Source of the DNA: Hemiscyllium ocellatum
Lineage: Eukaryota
Assembly: GCF_020745735.1 (NCBI RefSeq)
Contig: NC_083422.1
Span: 33,914,001 to 33,978,000 of the forward strand
Length of the DNA stretch: 64,000 nt
Reading direction: 5' to 3'
Part shown: positions 26,411 through 38,829 of the stretch, piece by piece
How the letters are laid out: every line of letters begins with the position of its first letter
Numbering within the stretch: position 1 is the stretch's first letter
The notes under the pieces: model-generated
Database searches by the model: none
What the model saw: the letters and a program-made list of their open reading frames with translations, nothing else
What the model was told of the DNA's origin: nothing
Position numbers and translations under genes: made by a program

Positions 26411-26509
26411 ATGATAATGATTACCATTTTTTTTTGCGCCAGCCAACTCAGTGCGTTTGATTTCTGGCTTGATTTGCTGTAGAAACAACTCAAAAGCCAA
26501 ACTGCCGAT

Positions 26510-26626
26510 AGTATTAGGTGCATTAGTCAGAGGGAAATGGGTCTGGGGTGGGTTACCCTTCAGAGGGTCGGTGTGGGGACTGGTTGGGCCGAAGGGCCTG
26601 TTTCCACACTGAAGGGAATCTAATCT
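26510..26626 (+). mobile_element. HE1 SINE 3' fragment
   Basis: TTAGGTGCATTAGTCAG...GGTCGGTGTGG...GGGCCGAAGGGCCTGTTTCCACACTG...TCTAATCT. Confidence 0.85.
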
Positions 26627-26919
26627 GAAATCTGGAAAGCGAGCCAACATTTCATGTTGGGACTGTTTTTTTTGCTCCTCTTCGGTTACATTTGTACACA
26701 ACAGTTTGGCTCGTTTGACGTTCGTTGTTTTAAAGTTGCCTGAAGTGTATATTCCGGATTGACAAGACGAGGAAAGGCAAGTGACGAAAACATTCAAGAA
26801 AAGATGTTGTCTAAAATAGAGTAATGCAGTGTTTCTCTCTACCGCAGCATGTGCATTCATTGCTCGATCTATCCAATATATTGACCAAAAATGAAGGGAA
26901 CAGTTACATAGACATTCAC

Positions 26920-27470
26920 CATACACTTAATACAAGCCATTAATATCTTACTTGCCAGCTTTCTCTTAAGGAGAAATCAACCAGACCCCGCCAGGCCTCA
27001 ATTCTGCAAATCGAAAGGTTAGTCCTGTACCCAATGACCTGATGCCAAAGACCCTGATTGATTAATCTTTAAAAGGATTTAGAGGGGAAAATACCATTTG
27101 GAAAGCAGTGAATTTCTGATTCTATTGAAACTGGAGGTGTACAAACCTGACTTTACAGAATAAATTCAGCTGTCCAAAAAGGTGCAGTGTAGAGCTGGCT
27201 GAGTCTGTGTGTGACTCTGAAGTGTGACTCATTATTGTGGTAAGGAGCAATGCAAAACCGTCTACTATAACGCGTACTGTTGACAGAATTAGGCCAATCA
27301 CTAGAAACTGCTGATTGCCATTCAATATTACGAAGGGAGATTCCAGTTACACATAATTCTGGGCAAGGAATCCTCAACATTGCTTTAGTCCAGATATTTC
27401 CCATTTAAATTAGGTGGTCTAGGTGATTTCATACAACACGGTTATATATGATTTATTGCATAAAGCACAT
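26920..27470. promoter_or_regulatory. Candidate upstream enhancer/CNE of HMX3
   Basis: TGATTGAT 27055-27062, TGATTTAT 27449-27456, TGACAG, CACTTAA and TGACTCA in unique sequence. Confidence 0.4.
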
Positions 27471-28944
27471 CATTTAAAAAGTATAAAATATTTAACTAAA
27501 GTTAAATAGAACATTTACTCAATTTAATTATAGAACTACAGTCTCTCTCCAGCTATTCCCATTTAAATGCTAAGCACACACAGCGTGTTATTAATTTCAG
27601 AAATTTGCCTGTTCAATATTAAAATCAATAATAAGTATTTGTTCGTTGTCTCATGTTAAGTGTTGGGGGAGAATAGGCTGTAACCGGTTTGGTGTAAAAT
27701 GCATCGCTGATGTTTCCTCTTTAATCCTGCATCTGTTTATTAAGCCGTGAAATGACAGTAAAACATTTTACGTGTAGCCCCTGATCTTACTGCTTCCTCA
27801 AAAATCTTCATTGCAAAAGTAAATAATTATCGATTATTATCGAAATGATAAGCACATTTCCTACTGCTGGGAAAAAAAGCCTGTGTCAACACCAGTCTGA
27901 CGGTTGTGAAAACTGATATTCTTGCAATATATTTTGCCTCGAATTCTTCAAGGGACAGGGCGTCAAGAAAGGATACAACCGTGCAACAATCGGTCAACGT
28001 GTTTCCTTCAATTACATTTGCCTACATTCCAATCAATTAGTTCACCGCCCGCAGCAAATGCCCACGATCCATTGGAAACTTCATCAGTCTCTGTGAACCT
28101 GAATTCCACAAATCACTCGACCGATAGACAAAGAAGAAAAGTGATTTCTGTTTTCAGAATTTGCACTGAAAAGGGGAGAAAAGCCCGGAATTCCTTACTA
28201 CTTCGGAAAAGATACACACGATGCACCGGCACCGGTTGATGGCGCTACAATTCTCTGCTTCGGGTTGCATCTAATTTACATGATTTTATCTCACGCATGA
28301 AATTATTTTGGAGAACTTCAAGAGCCAGTACTGTCATCCGCACTAGTTTAATATGCCAGATTTCTCTGGAAGGTACACAGTATAATGAAGGGCCGAACGT
28401 CCTACTCCTGCTCCTATGTTTTACGCTTCAAACCTGCCTTATGAGGTGTCACGGTTATTGCCTCCTCGATCGAGCTGTCGTCCAGAATTGTCATTATCTG
28501 TTCGTTTATTGTTGCCTTTAATGGTGCTTTTGTTTTGCTGAACGTTGGTGGCGAGGAACTGGCTGACGGATGGGTCCCAGTCTTAAAAAGGTGAGTAAGA
28601 TAAGTGAATACGAACAGTGGACGCTGAGACCCTGCTGGGTTCATGATTATCCATTGACACTAAATCAATTCGTTCACGCTGTCCACTCAGTGACTCCTTC
28701 CAGATGTTTGCCAAGTGAATCCATCAGCGACCATTGTTTAACCAAAAGAAAAATGAAATGAACACAAAAAAACTGGTGTAAATTTTTGACAACTTTATCC
28801 TGCAATTTAGTTTTCGCCTCTTATTTCTCTTCCCAAAGGCAATGATGATGGGTATGTTATGAGGTCACCGGTCTTTTAGCTCCTCGCCCAAAGAGCTAGT
28901 GGCTATTCTTCCATGGAGGGGTCCGGGAAAGGCATTTCAACAGT

Positions 28945-29160
28945 AACACAGGAAGAGCTCAGCAGGTTTGGCTGCATCTGGGGAGAAAGAAACACATTTC
29001 AGGTCCGTGACCTTTCATCAGAAGTTGGAAAAGTTAGAGTCTTAATCAAGAGGAAGAGTGAGGGTGGGGAACAAGAACACAAGGGGAGCACTGCGATAAG
29101 GTGGAAATCAGGAAAGGTTACATGTCCAAAGAAAATGGTTCATGGTGCTCAGGCCAAGTG
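28945..29160 (-). mobile_element. Penelope-type non-autonomous repeat with decayed minimal hammerhead ribozyme
   Basis: Minus strand CTGATGA-A-AGGTC-ACG-GACCT-GAAA (29021-28997), followed by ...CAGATGCAGCCAAACCTGCTGAG. Confidence 0.6.
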
Positions 29161-29749
29161 TGGAAAGTGAATGTCTATCTCCCAGTGGAGTCACCTCAGT
29201 AGATCTAGACTCAAGGAATACTGAAAAAAAATCTGTCTGGGAGACGCTGTGGTATCTGTGAGCATCCAAAACAAGTGAAGGAAAAATGGCAAATTGGTAT
29301 CAATGGAAAATGTAGGAAACATTTGAGTCACCACCTATTGCATTGCAGTTTCTTTCATTATTAATACAGATGTACTGTAATTTTTAATGTTTGCAAAAGT
29401 CTAATTTTTTTTAATAGAAAGGCATGATCTTTGTACCGTATGAACAGACCATCATAGAAATAAGAAGGATTTTAAAAACATACCAAGATTTACTTGCAGA
29501 TGCACTGGTATGAATTAATATTTAATTTTGAAATGAAATTCATTGCTATGTTTTAAAAGAGACATTATTGTAATTGGGTAAGGACAGCAGAATACTCTTC
29601 TAATGAACTGTAGTTTTTTAAACCAACTTTCATTATAACAATTGCCTAAGGACTGTTGAAGCTGAGTCTGAGTTATATGTGTGAGAGTAGACCACATCTG
29701 TGAACTAATTTGAAAGAATGTAAACCTATTTCCTTTAAAATACTGACAA

Positions 29750-31450
29750 TTAGAAAGTATTTGGAAAAGATGAACTTAAAAAAAAGGAATTGCAGAATAA
29801 TGTCAGTAACAGAAATGAATGGCCTGGAACAAATTCTCAACCTGGAGGAGTAGTGCGTAAATGCATGTTGGCACAGCCTCAGAACTGATTTCTGCCTGCT
29901 GAGCCCTGTGCTTCTGTACTCAACCATTAGTGTTTTGCTGAACACACAGACAGACAGAGGAACATCAGGCAGTGAAATCAGAGACCCCAGTGGACTAGAG
30001 CAAAAGATGGAGGAGTCCATATTGATAAGGGGTTGAACAAGTGAGCATTTTGCTGCTTCAATGGAGAGGGTGGCAGCTGCCTTTGAGACCTAAATCTAGT
30101 AGGACAGACAGTGGCTACCATCCATGTACTTGTACTTAACACTCTATCACGGTAACCATGGGTACACAGTGTCAAAGGTTAGGCAAGAAGAAAATGAGGC
30201 ACCATTACCTAATATCAGGTGCTCCTTTATCTTATGGAGACAGAGTGGTGCCAATAGGCATTCATAATGTGGAAGGTTGTCAGCCAAACACTCTATAGGT
30301 ACCCTGAGTCACTATATACCTTTGCCAATGACCCAATTACCTACAGCAGATTAGGCTGAGGAGTGGTCATCTGCACCCAGAAGGAGACTCTGAGCAGGCC
30401 AGGCCCTCAGGGCTTTGAGCAGCCAAAGAATGACTGTCAAACACATCACAGACTCCTCGGCATAGAAATGGGCAGGCTGCCTCCACCTCATTGGGGATGT
30501 CAGGCAGCACCTTGGCATACTGATTGGTATCAATAATGATTTGAGGAGGTACAGATATACATTACATGCATGTGGTCTACTCTTCTCTAAATATATATAT
30601 AAACTTGCACCATTGTAGTCTCATTTCACCACTCGGTGCTGACATGATTGGCTGAACTGAGAGGAGGGGAGTACTTATGTCAATCTGAAGATGATGCTGA
30701 CATTCCATTAAGATAACTTTCATTGTCTAACATCATCAGCAATGTGTATGCTTCAAGTTGTTCTCAAAGTTCAGCTAGAAGTTGAGCTATCATTTGAGGA
30801 TTGCAGTCAAGGATCACAAGACTGATTTCAGGGACAGTGATCTTGCCTGTCAGCCAGAACACTAGGACCATGACATGATGGAAGCCACATAGAATATCCA
30901 TGTAAGTGATAGCGAAATGTCACTAGGCTCTACAGGGTTGAGAGAGGAAAGATGTTTCTCTCATCCGGGGTCTCCATTGCCAGGCTGGACACGCTCAGGA
31001 TTAGAGATGGATGATGCCCTTAATGTTGAGAACTTTATTTATTTTTAGGCTTGTCCAACTCATAATAGTGTCTGCACAGCAACTGCAGGATTCTCAGATG
31101 GTACAGTCAAGGAACCTACCACTCTTTGGAATTGTCGGGATAGTGAGGTTGTATGAGAACTGGGGAACATGTTCCGTGTGGCCTAATCTGCCTCTCTTCT
31201 TCAGGTTTATTCCCACATTTTGATGCTTCTAAGTGATCACTAGTTAGTTAAACCAGCAAAGTTAAACAGTTCTCAATCAATGTTCTATGTCACAAAGTGG
31301 AAATAGTTTCCATCCTGTAAACTGTTTTCCAAAACAATATCGATGAAAATGTGTAAAGGTGCCTCAATTATCCTGGAATAGATCATGTAGAAGGTTCTCA
31401 TGGGCCTGCCTCCTCATTAGCTCTTCTTTCTTCCTGTCTGTGAGTGACCT
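29750..31450. mobile_element. Highly decayed PIF/Harbinger transposon (transposase remnants on minus strand)
   Basis: Frameshifted traces of FP.V.G.IDCTH (~31100-31135) and F.N.KG.HSI (~31005-31035) on the minus strand. Confidence 0.45.
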
Positions 31451-31964
31451 CCTGATACATATCAGGATCATTCCATTCCCCTTCCTTAATAAAAGAAATC
31501 TCTCTCCCCTACATTTCTTCCTCTCCCGTGACATCCACCTTTGTTAAATGATGTTGTGGAGGGCGTAGCATGCCATGATAATGCTGGAAATGATACAGGT
31601 CACTATTTGGTGTATATTACAATGCATTGCTTGATTGGTCCCGGCCTCCAATCTCATTTCAGCCCTCCTAAAGTCTGTTTAATAATGGTCCTTTGGGAGT
31701 CCTGTACATGGTGGTACCTCTCTTTGAAATCAGTCTGAGGATTCCTGACAATCGTTATCAGACAGGTCTTGAAAGCATAGTCCTTGTCTTTCAAAAGCCA
31801 ACCTGTCTCTGACTAGAGACATTAATAGTGTTAGCCTCTTGTTCATGGTCCAGAATGTAAAAGCTCCCTGGATATTGTGTGCGCACCTTTCGCATTTCAC
31901 TGGAATGCAACAGTCATCCATTGTCAGCATCAAATGTTTTGCATTTAGATATCACACAACTAGC

Positions 31965-32570
31965 TTTTCTTTTGTTTATTTATGGAATGTGGCCATCGCT
32001 GGCATACACAGCATTCATTGCCCATCCATAACTGTCCTTGTAAAATGTGCTGTAAGCCACCTTCTTGAACAGGTGTGAGGGGTGGCATGTAGGCACAATG
32101 GTTAGCACTGCTGCCTCACAGCATCAGGCCCGGGTTTGATTCCAGCCTCAAGCAACTGTCTGTGTGGAGTTTGCACATTTTCTTCATGTCCGTGTAAGTT
32201 TCCTCCGGGTGCTCTGGTTTTGGCCAATAGACCAAAGATGTGCAGGTTAGGTGAATTGGCTATGCTAAATTGCCCATTGTGTTCAGCGATGTGTAGGTTA
32301 GGTGCATTAGTCAGGGATAAATATAGGGTAGGGGGAATAGATCTGGGTAGTTTACTCTTTGGAAGGTTGGTGTGGACTTGATGGGCCGAAGGGCCTGTTT
32401 CCACACTGTAGGGATTCTATGAATCTTACAGTGTTTCAGTGCAGGTGCTCCCACAGTGCGTTAGGAAGGGAGATTCAGTATTTTAACCCTGCGTTGATGA
32501 AAAGAATGACAATAAAGTTCCAAGTCAGGATGTTCTGTGTCTTGGAAGGGAGCTTGCACATCATTATGTA
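31965..32570 (-). mobile_element. CR1-group LINE 3' end (second family), split by the HE1 SINE at 32080-32425
   Basis: Same family as 46570-47165 (TTTATTCATTTGTGGGATGTG...CTTCTTGAAC...TTCCAAGTCAG.ATG). Confidence 0.65.
32080..32425 (+). mobile_element. HE1 V-SINE, full length
   Basis: tRNA-like head, V-domain and CR1-like tail GGGCCGAAGGGCCTGTTTCCACACTGTAGGGATTCTATG. Confidence 0.9.
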
Positions 32571-32799
32571 GCTTTGCCTTAGTCCCAGCATTAAAGCACA
32601 TCCTTAACATTGCGGTATGAACTATTCCTCTTCCTACCTTAACCTTACGGCCTTCAGGGGTTAGAGTAAATTTAATGTTGTTTAATACAGAATTGTAGAC
32701 AATTTATCTTGTCGGTTTACACCCGTTAGGAACTTGATTAAAGAAAGGCAAAAGTCATTCATGTGGAAGTTTTATACCTTACAGAAAATGGAGGCTTTC

Positions 32800-33580
32800 A
32801 TTCCAACAACAATGACAAGTTGTATTTATATAGCACTGCTAACATATTAATACACCTCAAGTGGCTTCACAGGACCATTATAATACTGAAATTGATGGAT
32901 GTTCATAAAGAAATATTAGGGCGTATAATCAAAAGCTTGATAAAGAGATAGCTTTTAAAGAGTTTTATAAAGGATACAAGACAGGTAAAGAAATATAGAG
33001 ATTTAAGAAGAGAATTATTAATCTCTAAGCAGCTGAAGACATGTTTGCCATTGGCGGATCTAATTAAATCAGATGATGAACAGACCAGAATTAGAGGACA
33101 TAGGTGTGAAGGGTTGTGGGGCTGAAGGAAATTGGAGAGGCAGGAAGGGCAAGGTCAAAGAGGGATTTAAAAATGGAGAAAATGATCAAAGTTTTAAACC
33201 TGAAATGTTGGTTAGCTGGAAGCAAATATAATGAGTGAAGACAGGAGTGATAGGTGAACAGGATTTTGTCTGACATAGAATGAGGGCTGCAGTTTTGAAT
33301 TACCTCAAGTTTACAAAAGTATAGCAAATGAGGCACTGCCGTAGTATGTAGATAACAAACACATAATGAGGATTTCAGCAGTGCATGGAACTGAGTTGGC
33401 ATGGAGTTGTGTGATTCTACAAAGGTGAAAATAGGCAGTCTTGTGATGGTTCCTAGAAGCTCATTTTGGGGTCAAAAATGAGGTCAAGGTTTCAAACAAT
33501 TTATTTGGTCTCAGATATCCTCTGGGGAGAGTCAACGGCTGAGAACTGAAGTTTGGGGTGGCAATCAAAATCAATGGGTA
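32800..33580 (-). mobile_element. L2-clade LINE 3' fragment
   Basis: ORF 33091-33402 KLEVIQN...LHSLYLLP..Q.F.FK.LI..IFKSL..LA resembles the L2 motif KLQ.IQN..A...LHWLP...RI.FKIL...FKSL.GLAP. Confidence 0.7.
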
Positions 33581-33769
33581 AAAACGCAAGCATAGTTGGG
33601 ACACACATAGGCACCCATAAAAACATACTTTATATTGAAGAAGTGATTGGAGCTGAAATTGTTCAAAGTGAAAACAAGTTTAGTCGGGATTGTGAATGGA
33701 GACTGCTGGCCTCTGTTCAAGGAAGAAGCAGGAAGTTCTCACACTGAAACAAACAGAAAATTCTTCAGG

Positions 33770-34140
33770 AACTTGAAGAAGTATATTAGACTCTTGTTTC
33801 TTTCTGCACTTGTGCTGCCAGACCTGCTGAGTTCCTCCATTACTTTCTGTGTTTTTTCAGATTTCCAGCACGCACTGTATTTTGCTTTTATTTAATTTCT
33901 CTGACTGTTGGTAGGGGTAATGGTGAAGAGGTATTGAACTCCATTTTTGTCATTCGGACCCTTCCACTGGCTCAAAAGCCCATGCCATTTCTAACTCTTC
34001 CCAGTTCTGATGAAAGGTAATAGACTTGAAAGATGAATTATGTTTTTTTCAGTACAGATGCTGCCTTATTGACAGAGTACTTTCAGCATTTTGTGTCTTT
34101 GGTTCAGCTTCCTAGCATTTACAGTACTTTGCTTTTTGTG
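33770..34140 (+). mobile_element. Penelope-type repeat pair with decayed hammerhead core
   Basis: CTGATGA 34007-34013, stem AGGT/ACTT, GAAA 34028-34031; family block GCTGCCAGACCTGCTGAG near 33815. Confidence 0.55.
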
Positions 34141-34819
34141 TTTTTGTATTGACTCTATGTTGGTACATTGCTGCGTCTTAAAAATAATTCATATTGGTGA
34201 AATATTTACGAAATAAAGTCTGTTGGCCTCAGAAAACTGCAGAATGATTGCATGGCATCCTGATTCATCAGTTACGAGTAGAACCTTACAATAGTGCATT
34301 GACATTAATAGTAACTGCATATGGATGAGAAATAGAGTAAGTCACAATAACTAAAAGGCTCACTATGGAGTCCATTTCCAGTTCATTTCTCACAGTCTAT
34401 CATTATAAGAATGAAGAATTTCTTGCATCTAACTGTACGAAGGAATTCACTAAAAATAATTCAAACCAACAGAAGTCACATCATTGCCGACAATGAAAAG
34501 AAAATCAAGATTTCCACTGTTTTTCTAATGACAGTCTGCAAAGGAGAGAATATCCAACAGACTGGTTTATATTTGTGATAAATTCTTTGGCCATGGGTTA
34601 GTTAACTTGTCCTACTCAACATTGAAATTACTGTAGATTTAGATCATGAAATTAGGCTCCTTTGCACCCGTTCTTGATTCTAGAAATGCTGCTTTGACTG
34701 TATGAAGGAGTCTGTCGTGCAGTGCGCATTCCTAGTGCTCATTTTGAGAAAGGCGTTGGCATTCATACCAGATGCCTCCCATATGTATACAGATAGTGGC
34801 TAACAATCAGTCTGTAAGG

Positions 34820-34980
34820 GTGATTTGAGACCAGTGCTGTCATGCTGGAGCTCAACACTCAGTCATGTTTTCCAATCAACTTGCTCATAGATATTTATTG
34901 CATGCTTCTGAAGCAGGTGGGACTTGAACCCAGGCCTTCTGGTCCAGAGATAGGGATATTCCCATTGCACTAGAGCAGAC
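34820..34980 (-). mobile_element. Old tRNA-derived SINE fragment
   Basis: GGTGGGACTTGAACCCAGG is the reverse complement of a B-box-containing tRNA-like head. Confidence 0.5.
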
Positions 34981-35369
34981 CCTATCAAACTCTAGCTAAC
35001 TCCCTCACTGAACCTTGAGCTTTCAGCAATAAGGACCAACCCACCAGTACGATCTCAAGGGATCATTAAATAATTTCAGATTAATTGCTGATTGATTACC
35101 ATTGGATCTTGTTATGACTGTTTTTGATGGTTTCTAGAGTGACCTAAATGTGGTGACATTTACAGGAATTGGTGTAAAAGGCATTGAATGCAATACTCTG
35201 TACAACCTGTTCCCAGGCTTGGACTCCGTAGTGTGGGCTATAACATGACACAGATATTGAGCAAAGGAGACAAAGCAGTGAAAGCTCCTGGATAAAAGAG
35301 GGAAGATGAAAGGAAAAAGTACTTTCAGCAATATCTTATATCCATTCAGCATGTTAAAGGATCAATTTA

Positions 35370-36280
35370 CCTACCTGAACCTCAGAGAGGAGCAGCATGC
35401 TGGATGTCTCCACCAAGGACATGCTGATTGAAATCTGCCATCTTGTGCAGCTCCAAATGCTGCTTCAGTATAAGCCAAGGGAGACATTCCCTGCAACTGT
35501 AAAGGTTGCCATGTCCATGGGTGGGACTCAATATGAATGACGTGTAGTTGGGGAACTGCGCTGCTTTTCTCTCGGAGGCCTGAAGCAATTACAATCCAAT
35601 CAATGCTTAGCTGCATAGGGTCCTATGTAATTAAGCTCATCGTATGGCAGAAATCCACATCTGGAGAGTTTCTGACCACCAAATGCCAGCAGCTCTCCAA
35701 TGTGGGCAGCATCACCAGGAGCATTAACCAATGCTAGTATTACAGTGGGGTCTTTACCAGGGATCTTCAATGGATTGCTGGAAAGATACGAGTGTGGGTC
35801 AGATTGTGGGGAAGTTTTTGTGAGCAAGAGGGGGGAGGTTTTTGGAAGCCATAGCAGGAAGGGGACCATCTGTTAAAAATACCAGGACCTTTAACTGGGG
35901 ACAGAGCACCCACGAATGAGGGACCCACTAATGTATTACAGACAATCCAACAGGATGAGGTTCATAAAATTGCTGTTAAAGGCCAATTAATAATTTGTTT
36001 GAGATTCCGGCAGGAGAGGAGTTCACAAGCATGTTTGCTCTGGATTTGATTTGAATGAGTCTGGATGGCAGCAGGACCACCAACTGAAACCTCCCCTCTG
36101 ATCACCGGTTTTCCCTGCCCCCCCCCCCCCCCCCCCCCAGATACATCCATGTGCATGGGCATTACATTCTGCACCATGAGTTTTTATGTATCTTGTAGGT
36201 GATATTTGCAACATCTTCCAGATTGCCATTTGTGATAGGATAAGAGATCATTGAGGCCCTGTATTACTAGCGAGCTGAAT
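35370..36280 (+). mobile_element. Decayed HARBI1-like Harbinger transposase remnants
   Basis: Plus-strand TKDMLIEICHLVQLQM...TFPATVKVAMSM (~35412-35520) and GDICNIFQIAICDRIR (~36198-36246) resemble the Harbinger transposase N-terminus. Confidence 0.55.
36118..36138. repeat. Poly-C homopolymer (~21 nt)
   Basis: Read directly from the sequence. Confidence 0.9.
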
Positions 36281-37330
36281 ACATGTCCTACATTTGAGCA
36301 CCTGTAAGAACTGATAGCGTGTTCATATGAGACACCTCAGGACAATCAGAAATTTAAATCCTCGTACTGAGCCATGAATCCACAAATTGAATTTTGTCAA
36401 TCCCTTATATATTCCATGGTTGAATGACCATCTGTCTTCTGGAATCTATCAAAGTCTGACCATTCCTCAAAGGCATTCAACAAATCATATTTTTTGAAGA
36501 CTTCATCCAAGAGCAATATTACAGCAATGTTACGAAGTCCAAACCTTTATCATATCCAACTGACAGGCATCCAATTCGTAAATTACTTTATTTTCTGATG
36601 CCAAGCCCGTACACCATTTACATTTGCTGTCCCCATCATCCCAAAAGGACCACTATAATTGCAGTTTTTGTTAATTTCCAACTTTCGCATTTAGACAACT
36701 ATCCTCTACTACCAAAGTATATTCCAAAAGTCAATTGGCGAAGGACAAAACTGGAGTGAATGATTGACTAATTTTATGAACACTTACAGAGTTACACATT
36801 ACAAACTCAACAACCACAATTTCAATCTATTTATAAGAGGACAGTTCGGCATGATAAGAGAGAATACAAATAGATTTAGGAAAGGAGCAAACAAAATACA
36901 AGTAGGAAGCTAAAGCAGAATGCTGAAACTTAATTATCAAGGAGTGTGAAACAAAATAGTAAGATGTTTTCCAGGTACATCAATTAAAAAAAAACTCTCA
37001 TGTGAATAAGACAGCTCGGGAATAGACGTCATAATACACAGGTAATGATCAAGAGATAGAAGAAATACAAAATAATTGTACTTCCCAGGGTGTTGGAACA
37101 GATTGACTTGAATTTGAATAATGGGATGAGTAATAAAATAAAAACATCTGAAATTTTTAAAACAATGTATTGCATAAACTGAACAAATTAAAATAGGATC
37201 AACTTTCTCATCTGAGTGTTTTTAAAAAGGAATTTAGCAACAAGATAGCAGAGGCATTATGAATTACAATTCATAATTTGTTTGTAAAAGAAGTAGTACC
37301 AGTGGACAACTGAATAGTTACTGTATTTCT

Positions 37331-38655
37331 ACAGAATCACAGAATCCCAACAGCATGGAAGCAAGCCTTCAGCCCATCAAGTCCACACTGATCCTTCAAA
37401 GAGCATCCTATCCAGAACTATCCACTGTACTATCCCTGCAACCTTGCATTTTCCATGGTTAATCCATCCAACCCGCATGTGGAAAGTATTCACCCAGGAG
37501 CTCAGTGACCAGCGATGTTCTGCAGGAATCTGTTCTGTGACTGCTGCTCTTGAGTTTTATAAATGTTTTGGATGAGGAAGTGGAAGAGTGGGTTAGTAAG
37601 TTTGCTGATGACACGATGGTAGGTAGACCTGTGGATAGTGTGGAGGGCTGTTGTAGTTTGCAACGGGACTTTGAAAGGATGCAGAGCTGGGCTGAAAAAT
37701 GGCAGATGGAGCTCTACCTGGAAAAAGGTGAAGAGATTCATTTTGAAATGACACATTAGAATGCAGATTACAGTGTAAAAAACAGGATTATTAGAGTGTG
37801 GAGGAACAGAGGGATCTTAGGGTCCACGTCCATAGATCCCCCAAAGTTTCCGCCCAAGTTGATAGGGTTATTAAGGAGGCGTATGGTGTATTGGCTTTCA
37901 TTAGCAGGGGCATTCACTTTAAGAACGGCGAGGTTATGCGGCAGCTCTATAGAGCCCGGGTTAGACCACATGTGGAATATTGTGTTCAGTTCTGGTTGCC
38001 TCATTATTGCAAGGATGTGGAAGCTTTAGACAGCATGCAAAGGAGATTTACCAGAATGCTGCCCAGACTGGAGGGCATGTCTTATGAAGAAAGGATGAGG
38101 GAGTTAGGGCTTTTCTCATTGGAGTGAAGAAGGATGAGATGTGACTTGATAGTTGATGAGAGGCATAGATAGAGTGGATAGCCAGAGACGTTTTCCAAAG
38201 GTGGAAATATCTATCATGAAGGGGCATAACTTTAAGATGATTGGAGGAAGGTTTTGGTGAGATGTCAGAGATACATTCTTTACATGGGTGTGTGGAATGC
38301 ACTGCCAGCTATGGTAGTAGATTCAGATACATTAGGGACATTTGAATGATTGTTGGATAGGCACATGGCTGATAATAAAATGAAGGGCATGTAGGTTAGT
38401 TTGAACTTAGAGTAAGATAAAAGGTCGGCACCACATCAAAGGTTGAAGGGCCTGTACTGTTCTATGCTCTATCCCCGGATACTATGGGTAATTCAGCATG
38501 GCCAATCCACCTAACCTGCACATCTTTGGATTGTGGGAGGAAACCTATGCAGACACAGGGAGAAGGTGCAAACATTGCGTGGAGTGTGGAGTGTGCAAAC
38601 TCCACACCAACAGCTGCCAAGGGTTGAATCGAAGTTGAACCACTGAGCCACCAAG
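37331..38655 (-). mobile_element. HE1 SINE (minus strand) split into 37331-37480 and 38473-38655 by a CR1 insertion
   Basis: The two halves are contiguous in the uninterrupted copy at 57621-57972 (...CTAACCCTCACAT|CCCTGAACATTATGGG...). Confidence 0.8.
37481..38472 (+). mobile_element. CR1 LINE RT-to-3' fragment nested in HE1
   Basis: VSKFADDT, EEQRDL.VHVH, LYRARVRPHVEYCVQFW and QRRFTRMLP motifs; tail TGTTCTATGCTCTAT. Confidence 0.9.
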
Positions 38656-38829
38656 AAGAGGGGATATAAATAAAAATAGAAAATGCTGCTGACAGTTGGC
38701 TGATCTGACAGCATCTGTGGAGAGAGCCACAGAGTTACAATTTCAAGTCCATATGATTATTCTTTGGAACAGAAAGGGACTGATGGGTCATTGGCTGTAG
38801 AAATAGGGGATTAGAACATGTTCTGGAAG

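Noticed and set aside
26198-26926. 242-aa minus-strand ORF, the longest ORF outside the LINEs
   Set aside because: It runs through an HE1 tail and a Penelope-type relic and has no recognisable domain; a chance ORF
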